From Octopus bimaculoides (taxonomy: Eukaryota): a stretch of DNA of 58,555 bases. The position numbers and the translations under genes were made by a program. Below, one piece after another: positions 50,501-58,555 of the stretch (positions are counted from its first letter, which is position 1; every line of letters begins with the position of its first letter). The notes below the pieces were generated by a model. The model saw only the letters and a list, made by a program, of their open reading frames with translations. It was not told the DNA's origin and did no database searches. The stretch spans positions 52,235,226 to 52,293,780 of the forward strand of contig NC_068986.1 in assembly GCF_001194135.2 (NCBI RefSeq), given 5' to 3'.

Positions 50501-51028
50501 TTTAGACCGGAATTATTTATTAGTCATCCATATATAGGTGAAGTAAATGTAAATCTTGTATATGCTTCAACTATACATTAACCAAAAGTCAGCTTTTACC
50601 TGAGATTGATATTGTTGTTATTCATGCATAATAAATATGTTTTTAAGTTCTAACCGTTTAATTACATAACTATATATATATATATATATATATTCATATA
50701 CATGAAAAAGATATTTTATAAGACATATATTTGTCATATGAATGAATCTTAAATTATAGATCGGCTAATGCTAAATATAACATTTCACAGAAATATTTAA
50801 TCTATTTAGAACATTAATAGCAGAATGGAACGCATTTTGTCAATAAATTATAGTCCTTTTGACATGACCCCCAACTATATATTACTGAAAGTAATTTTAA
50901 TGATCACGTAGAGATGAAAGCAGTCAATATATGATGATGAAACTAAATCCTGCGAGGCATTTATGTAAGGATCTTTGCTGTTTCTTCTATACCATAACGA
51001 TCCTCCCCTACCGATAACCCCAAGATAT

Positions 51029-51841
51029 NNNNNNNNNNNNNNNNNNNNNNNNNNNNNNNNNNNNNNNNNNNNNNNNNNNNNNNNNNNNNNNNNNNNNNNN
51101 NNNNNNNNNNNNNNNNNNNNNNNNNNNNNNNNNNNNNNNNNNNNNNNNNNNNNNNNNNNNNNNNNNNNNNNNNNNNNNNNNNNNNNNNNNNNNNNNNNNN
51201 NNNNNNNNNNNNNNNNNNNNNNNNNNNNNNNNNNNNNNNNNNNNNNNNNNNNNNNNNNNNNNNNNNNNNNNNNNNNNNNNNNNNNNNNNNNNNNNNNNNN
51301 NNNNNNNNNNNNNNNNNNNNNNNNNNNNNNNNNNNNNNNNNNNNNNNNNNNNNNNNNNNNNNNNNNNNNNNNNNNNNNNNNNNNNNNNNNNNNNNNNNNN
51401 NNNNNNNNNNNNNNNNNNNNNNNNNNNNNNNNNNNNNNNNNNNNNNNNNNNNNNNNNNNNNNNNNNNNNNNNNNNNNNNNNNNNNNNNNNNNNNNNNNNN
51501 NNNNNNNNNNNNNNNNNNNNNNNNNNNNNNNNNNNNNNNNNNNNNNNNNNNNNNNNNNNNNNNNNNNNNNNNNNNNNNNNNNNNNNNNNNNNNNNNNNNN
51601 NNNNNNNNNNNNNNNNNNNNNNNNNNNNNNNNNNNNNNNNNNNNNNNNNNNNNNNNNNNNNNNNNNNNNNNNNNNNNNNNNNNNNNNNNNNNNNNNNNNN
51701 NNNNNNNNNNNNNNNNNNNNNNNNNNNNNNNNNNNNNNNNNNNNNNNNNNNNNNNNNNNNNNNNNNNNNNNNNNNNNNNNNNNNNNNNNNNNNNNNNNNN
51801 NNNNNNNNNNNNNNNNNNNNNNNNNNNNNNNNNNNNNNNNN
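51029..51841. other. Assembly gap (N)
   Basis: N run. Confidence 1.
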
Positions 51842-53054
51842 ATATATATAATAACAGAAGGAAAATGCATAGATTTTACATAGTTTTAATATATTCTTTT
51901 AATACATATATATATTTTAATATTTGGCGTCTTCACCAAACTTTCGTCTTCTAAGAATAGAATGCTGGGATGGCAGTTTATTGTGCAGTAGCAGCAGTTT
52001 TAGCATCTGATTCAGCCTCCAATCAATCGTGAATACACTCCTGAGATAAATGCTCAACTTGTCTCAGTGATGTTCCACTAACATGCGGACTACACTGAGA
52101 AGATTCTCTTGAGAAAACTAGTGTCTCAGTCTTTGCAACCCTAATTTTCAGCCTTGTTTTGAAGTGGAAAAATGAAGCAAAACCTTTATACACATCATTA
52201 GATCAACTTACGTGTTTTGTTTGTTTATATTGATAAACATATTCTTAGTTTTGCAATAAAACTGATGTTGTCATACAAAAATTCTTTTAGAAGAAACACA
52301 CTAAAATGATGCCGATCGTAATTTCACGCTATAATACAATACTTTTGTAATTTTGATGATGAAAGATTTTACAAATATTTTATTTAAAATTGTACATTAT
52401 CGCAAATAGAGAGAAGATTTTTTGGAATATTTAAAGTAAATGGTGACGCTTTGCCATTTTGATTAAGATCGGAACTTTAAATTTATCGAGAAGGCACTAT
52501 GAAAAATAGAAGCAATATTAATTCAATAAATAGGTAAAAATGATATATAAAATTTAGTACAACCTGTGTGCAGGTACTACATCACACGGAACATGCACAC
52601 ACACGTACGCACACTCACGCGCACACATACACACATAGTGAGAGGAGAGAAAGATGTCGGCTAAACATTCGAGTATGTGTTTGGTCGTCAGTGTCACCTC
52701 TCAATCGTACATCCTTAATTGCAATTAATATATTTACTTCTTAGTTTAGATTCAATATTTACGACTTATTTTCTCTAATCGACATAAGCACAACTTTTAA
52801 ATTGTCCCTCTCATCTCTCACAAATACAAAAATAAATAGCTAACAGCTGTTCATATTATCTTCGTGTTCGGACGGAACTAAATTCTTCTACGCTGATTTA
52901 CATAAAACTGAAAACCTAATAATAAATCATTCATGTTGCCAACATTTACACTATTACACCAGTCAGACTAGCCCAATTCAGTTTTTCATTTAGCTGTGTA
53001 TGCTATAAATAGCATTGAGCCATAATCTCTGGAGTGAGGAAAATAAGTAAGCAG

Positions 53055-53095
53055 TCTCTGGTGAAGAGGTGAAAAAATCGAAACTACTTAGGAGA
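53055..53095 (+). ncRNA. Degenerate minimal hammerhead motif
   Basis: TCTCTG GTGAAGA GGT-GAAAAA-ATC GAAAC TA CT T AGGAGA: C3-to-G; AACTACTT is one change from the palindrome AACTAGTT; helix I TCTCT/GGAGA. A TATA-like gctataaatagc lies about 45 nt upstream. Confidence 0.45.
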
Positions 53096-53509
53096 ATTCG
53101 TTTTTTTCTTTATTTCTGGTCATAGAGAGAGAAAAACATTCAGTGTAACAACAGCCTGTAACTTTCATACAAGGATTAGTATATATTTTATATAGAGAGA
53201 TTAATCTTTTTAAGTTTATATTACGTCCCTCTTTATCTTAACGCCGTCTGGTGACTCAGTTATCCACTAATGTTTGCACTGCTTTAGAATTCAGAGTAAA
53301 TCAATTTAGTACTATCCGAGTTTATGCCTACTATGGCCAGATGTAGGATACTCTTCTCCAAGTAGTTAGGTAAACGAGAATCCGAATTCTGCTAGTGAAA
53401 CGATAAAAAAAAACTACTGAAATTAGTCAAGTAAAACAGTTGGCTGACCACTGAGATAAAAGCTTGTGCTTTTCATACAATATCTATATTTCACAACGAA
53501 AGTAAAAAT

Positions 53510-54225
53510 GTGTGCCAAAAGCTGCGACCATATTGGGACAATACCAATATCACCACCTATTCACTAACCATTCTAATGCAGTCGGCTTTTGATAAATGAG
53601 AGAGTTTGATATTGCTGCCTTGATATTGAGTTTATTCATCTGGGACCTAGTGCAGGAAGTTAAGCCTTGAAAACATCGATATCAGTAGTCTTATTTAACA
53701 AGTGTGAGCCTTTGAATTCCAAACTATTGTAATACCTGGTCCTTACTCCGGACGGGGTGGTCGGGACTTTTGGCACTGTGCAGTGGCGTCCTATTCTGGT
53801 GTTGGTATAATACTTGATGCCAAAGTTTGATGTCAGCAGCCTTGCTAGAGTCTTCCTTATGTACCACTTCCATATGTGAATATTTCCTGTCTTCTTTACA
53901 GAGAGGAGTGTTCTCCATTAGCTCAACTCTCTCATAGATGCAATCATTTTAGTGTAGTACCGCTGAATTACTTCAATTTTGCTTATAATTTGATATTGTG
54001 TGATGAACGTAGTTGAGAGCAAATGACTGATGGCAATCGTCCTGCATAGGACCAGCACAGTTTCCTGATCCTTGGTTCTGAAAGTTCTCAGAATCCACCC
54101 GGCCACCCGCCTGCACATTGACACCATATTGGTGATTTATACATGAAATGAAGAATCGTTGTTCAAATCAATTCTCGGGTTCCGCACTGAAATTGACTTT
54201 AGGGTTACCGTTCTTTCTGGTCCCA
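53510..54225 (-). mobile_element. CR1/L2-group LINE 3' fragment (RT thumb region to 3'UTR), decayed
   Basis: SVRNPRIDLNNDSSFHV*ITNMVSMCRRVAGWILRTFRTKD...SKIEVIQRYYTKMI..MRELS, then GRHCTVPKVP...RTRYYNSLEFKG and AAISNSL. Clade within the group is uncertain. Confidence 0.8.
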
Positions 54226-54313
54226 AATGTGTTGGCAGTATCTAGCTAATAGTGGAGGTCTTGGAATTTTAGGTGTTAAATATTTACATATCCTCCTTAC
54301 TTATTTGCACACA

Positions 54314-54347
<34 letters not shown>

Positions 54348-54360
54348 CACATATATATTC

Positions 54361-54466
<106 letters not shown>

Positions 54467-56239
54467 CAGTGTGTATGTGTGGGAGTGGTATAAAATGTGA
54501 TAAATTATATTCAAAAATAAAAGCTTCTCCTAGATCTTATTTTAATTATTTTTGCGACTCAGCTGTTCCCAATAGGCATGACCATCACAGCCTCACGTTG
54601 AACTCTGAATTTTAATTCGAAGGTACCTCGGATCGCGAACGACAAAAAAATAATATGTTTGCTTGTTTCATATTAATTTATCTAACCTTCAAGTTCCAAG
54701 ACCAAATGTAACAGGAAACCACTTTGAATGTCTTTTCTCTGCTTTAATTTCGATAAAAAAATGTCAGTTCTTGTTATTTATGACATATAAGTGCTTTGAT
54801 GAAAAACTTTCTAGTCGTAACCAGCCTGCATTTCTACAGTTGTGTTTTCGTCATTACTCAATGCGTCCTCGCTTTCTTCAATATAATAAGGTCAATTTTG
54901 ATATTGTACATATTGGGAGGTTTGACTGCCCGACTCTGTGGATTAAGCAAATCTTAGATTCTCTCCATTGGTTCATCGAAGTATAAGTAGTGTATGCTGA
55001 TATTAATCTCAATTCTTTTTGACTTTCTTACGATTTGGTGGCCAACACTCAATTTAAAAAAAAAATATTGTTTACGTACATATAAATGGTTAACAAGACA
55101 CAGATAGAATGGTTACTTTTATTTTATTTAACTGTAAAAGTAAACTGTTCATTATCAATTGTATAACTTTAGAATTGTCGTGTTATATATATGAAGCATT
55201 GTATCTATGTGCCAGTATACAAATTGTCTATGCTAATAATCAAAAAATTAATTCTTACATGTATGTTTGAAATTGAAGAAGTTAGAGGTGAAATCAGAAG
55301 CTTATTTGAATATTGCCTCGAACGTTATTTTTTTTTATGTACACATATTATAAATCGAAATAGGGAAATTTATCTTCAATCCATTTTCTTGCTATTACCT
55401 GTTTTACAAGCACGTTTACATATTTTTGTTGCTGTTCTAATAAATACATTACAAGCATACTTAGGATGCCAAGAATGTAATATAGTGAATAAATGCTGTG
55501 TCCAATATAGGGAGTGCAGTAGATATCATTTATGAAGTGGCTTAAAGGAGCAGTTTTATGTTATGATAGAAATATGCTCATGTTTATACGTTTCTATATA
55601 TAAAGATATGTATTATGTAGAACATAAGAATTAGCGAACCGAAGTTTTACAGATTACAAAATTTATTTCAACTGTAAGATTGGCCAAAATTTTGATATTT
55701 CCTGCTCCACCAACAAGGTGATGTGTATACAAATACGACAGTATCTAGCTTTACATAGATTCCATGCGGTAGGAGGAAAATGAGTACATGCTTCTAGTAA
55801 ACAGTAGCAACACTCACCAAGTCTTAGTCCTAGTGGTATACAATAATGCAATGTGAAGATTTAAAACATATATCATACAAAGGTATGTGTTGATATTGAT
55901 TAAGAAAGTGCACGGGACTGTTTAAGCTATTTCACCAGTCCAATTATAAACGCTATGGTTTCCTTATGCCGCAAGCTGAAATGTTTATAACATGCCGTTA
56001 ATCTGATTATTCTTGAGTCTATTTTGAAAACTAAAAATTGAAGCTCAACGTTGAAGTAAAAATCATCTTTGTAGGGTCTTGCCTTTCTATATACCCTAAG
56101 AAAATATATATATGTGTATGTGTGTGTGTGTATGTTTGTGTGTGTGTGTGCGTGTGTATGTCTCTGTGTGTGTTTTTTTATTCCATGTCGCTTCTTTGTC
56201 ATTCTAATTTGGTGTGTTGCACTCTAATACAAAAAAGTC

Positions 56240-57630
56240 ATCTTATCAGCTACACATATTGTTCACCAGGCATTTTTACCAACACGTCTCGGGAGTGGGT
56301 ATGGGAACGAGAATGGGTTCCACCGATGCGACGCTGTACTTTGGCTACGTTGAGGCCCAAATATTCTCATGATTCACTGGTCCCACTCTCTAACTATACG
56401 ATCGTTATATCGATGACTGTATCGGTGCGTCCTCACTCTCCCGCGAACAACTAGACTCCTTCCTCTCTTTTGTCCCTTCCTTCCATCCTGCCCTCGAATT
56501 CTCCTACACTGTTTCTAACTCTTCTGTCGAATTTCTAGACATTTCAGGCAGTATACACCACTCCGCTCTAACCACCTCCATCCACTACAATAACACCGAC
56601 GCACAATCTTACCTTAACTTCTCCTCCTCCCAGCCTACCCACACCAAACTCTCCATTCTATACTCTCTATTCCTCCATCTAAGGAGGCTCTGTAGTTATG
56701 ACCATGACTTTGAGACTCAATCTCAACTCATGTCTCGTCACTTCATCATTCCTGGATATCCTCTTACCACTATCTACACTGCCCTTGCCAGGGAACGTTC
56801 CATGGACCGTGCCTCTGCTCTTTCTCGCCGCACCCGCGCCACCAATGCCCGCCTCCTATTTTCCCCTTACCTACCACCCCCTCCCTGCCGCTCCAACGCA
56901 CCATTCTCCGAGCCTTCCGGCGTTTTCCAGTCCGACCCCTCCACCTAGCACATCTTCCTCAATCTACCCTTCCCTCCTTCAAACGAGCCCATAACCTGCG
57001 TGACGTCCTGGTTCAGAGTTTCTTCCCTAACCCCACTCCCAGCCTTGCTTGTTTCTCTGCTCCCACCCACGCTGCCTTATTGCTCCTACCTCTCCAACAC
57101 CACTATCCTCACAAGCACCCAACATCGTTCCTATCACATCACCGATTCCTTTACCTACACTTCTTATTTCTTTATTGCTCACAAGGGGATAAACATAGAG
57201 GGGACAAGCAAGGACAGACAAAGGGATTAAGTCGATTACATCTACCCCAGTGCTAACTGGTATTTAATTTATCGACCCCGAAAAGATGAAAGGCAAAGTC
57301 GACCTCGGCGGAATTTGAACTCAGTACGTAGCGGCAGACGAAATGCCGCTAAGCATTTCGCCCGGCGTGCTCGTTTCTGCCAGCTCTCCGCCTTTACCTG
57401 CACTTCTAGTAATGTCATTTACAGCATCTGATGCACTTTCTGCCTTTCCTTGTACATCGGTCAAGTGGGACGCCACTTGGCTGACCGGTTCTCGGAGATA
57501 TCAGACTCTACCGCTCATTCACTACAACATATGTCTTTGCACAGGGGCCATCCGGACTCTCGCCTTCACCGTGAACAGAATTTAAACTTTTCTCTTCTCT
57601 CATTTGCACTGCAGGGTCTCAACTCGCCTC
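56240..57630 (+). mobile_element. Penelope-like element (RT + GIY-YIG endonuclease), 5'-truncated and decayed
   Basis: HFYQHVSGVGMGTRMG...RYIDD (56403-56417)...FLDI...TTSIHYNNTDAQSYLNFSSS...KLSILYSLFLHLRRLCS...GYP; then HITDSFTCTSSNVIY..*C..C..LYIGQVGRHLADRFSE...REQNLNFSL...GLN. Confidence 0.92.
57165..57392 (-). mobile_element. SINE family A with a Tx1-derived tail (type 3), inserted in the PLE GIY-YIG coding region; 15-17 bp TSD
   Basis: TSD cctttacctacacttct (57148-57164) and cctttacctgcacttct (57391-57407). Removing the insert restores SFTCTSSNVIY. Confidence 0.95.
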
Positions 57631-58039
57631 CTCTCTGCATCTACTTCCTCTCATCACTCCTACCTACCTCCTCTCTTCATTGAGAACACCCCACAATTTT
57701 CCCCTCCCCCACGCCATCAACACCACTACACCACCACACCGCACCACTCCATACACACTAGTACTGACCACTTCCCAAGACCCACACCACACACCATCAG
57801 TCACACACTCATACACCATCATCCACACACCCACACTTAATCTTCAATAGTGTTACCACACACCACTATATGAGCAGCCGCACGTTACACACGCACACAC
57901 TCATACAAGTCAGAGTCCTTATTCTGCCCATATTCACACACACACATACTTACACATTCACGCACACTATTCTCACATACACACACGCACACGCACCTTC
58001 ACTTGGAATCGCCAGCACTTTATTAACTCCCTTTCTTGA

Positions 58040-58260
58040 AGACAGAGAGCTGGCAGAAACGTTTGCACACCGGGCGAAATGCTTAGCGGTATTTCGTCTG
58101 TCTTATCGTTCTGAGTTTAAATTCTGTCGAAGTCAACTTTGCATTTCATCATTTCGGAGTCAATAAATTAAGTACCAGTTGTGTAGTGGGGTCGACGTAA
58201 TCGACTGCCCCCCCCCAAAAAAAAAAATTCGGGCTTTGGGCCTAGAGTAGAAAAGATTAT
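58040..58260 (+). mobile_element. Full-length SINE family A, tail type 1
   Basis: gagagctggcagaaacgtttgc...ttctgagtttaaattc...gtaccagttgtgtagtggggtcgacgtaatcgac...ctagagtagaaaagatt. Confidence 0.93.
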
Positions 58261-58269
58261 CTCCCTTTC

Positions 58270-58490
58270 TTTTAACTTCTTGTTTCAAACTTTTTACAAA
58301 TCATTCGCCATGCTTCACCGCTAAATCTACAAGTTTTTTTCCTTCTCTCTCAGTTTATTTTCTCTTAATCCTTCTGTTGATGAGCATAGGCTCGAAACGG
58401 AAAAGACTTTTTCATTTTCCCGAGCGTCAAACTAATACACCTGTCTTCATACATCTGTCTTCGTCCTTTGTTTTTCTATAAATTTCAACT
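58270..58490 (+). mobile_element. Probable pseudo-LTR of the upstream PLE with a decayed hammerhead-like motif (58377-58401)
   Basis: TTGATGAGCATAGGCTCGAAACGGA resembles the CTGANGAG...CTCGAAACGTH motif and lies downstream of the PLE ORF. Helix I is poor. Confidence 0.5.
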
Positions 58491-58555
58491 ATATATATAT
58501 ATGTGTATATATAATAATAATGATAATTATATTAGGGAAAAAATTCCAAATTTAG

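Noticed and set aside
52093-52130. CTGAAGA...GAAAAC motif
   Set aside because: Helix II is out of register and the first pair of helix I is a mismatch.

Overview
AT-rich animal genomic DNA from a gapped short-read assembly, with seven N-gaps, most of them bordered by microsatellites. From my recollection of the SINE families and the (ATT)n/(TACA)n/(CA)n load it looks like an octopus (coleoid cephalopod); this is inference, not a database result. I could not confidently identify any host protein-coding exon, so the window is probably a large intron or intergenic DNA. Almost all ORF-track entries are microsatellite or N-gap artefacts. Content I can support: (i) about 25 copies of a tRNA-derived SINE with three alternative tails, plus other modular SINE families; (ii) decayed non-LTR retrotransposons: two R4/Dong-type restriction-like-endonuclease (RLE) fragments, two Tx1/L1-type 3' ends, a CR1-group fragment and weak RTE/L1 relics; (iii) three mariner transposons; (iv) a Penelope-like element (RT + GIY-YIG) interrupted by a SINE with a clear target-site duplication. 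The main observation is a recurring set of minimal type-I hammerhead ribozyme motifs (at least 7, on both strands). One of them (18535-18628) keeps every invariant core nucleotide but lies inside a near-perfect 108-bp inverted repeat (18425-18660) that would sequester it as dsRNA. Secondary observations are in-window evidence that one SINE tail derives from a Tx1-type LINE, and apparent microsatellite-specific targeting by RLE and Tx1 elements, including a possible (TACA)n-targeting RLE family.
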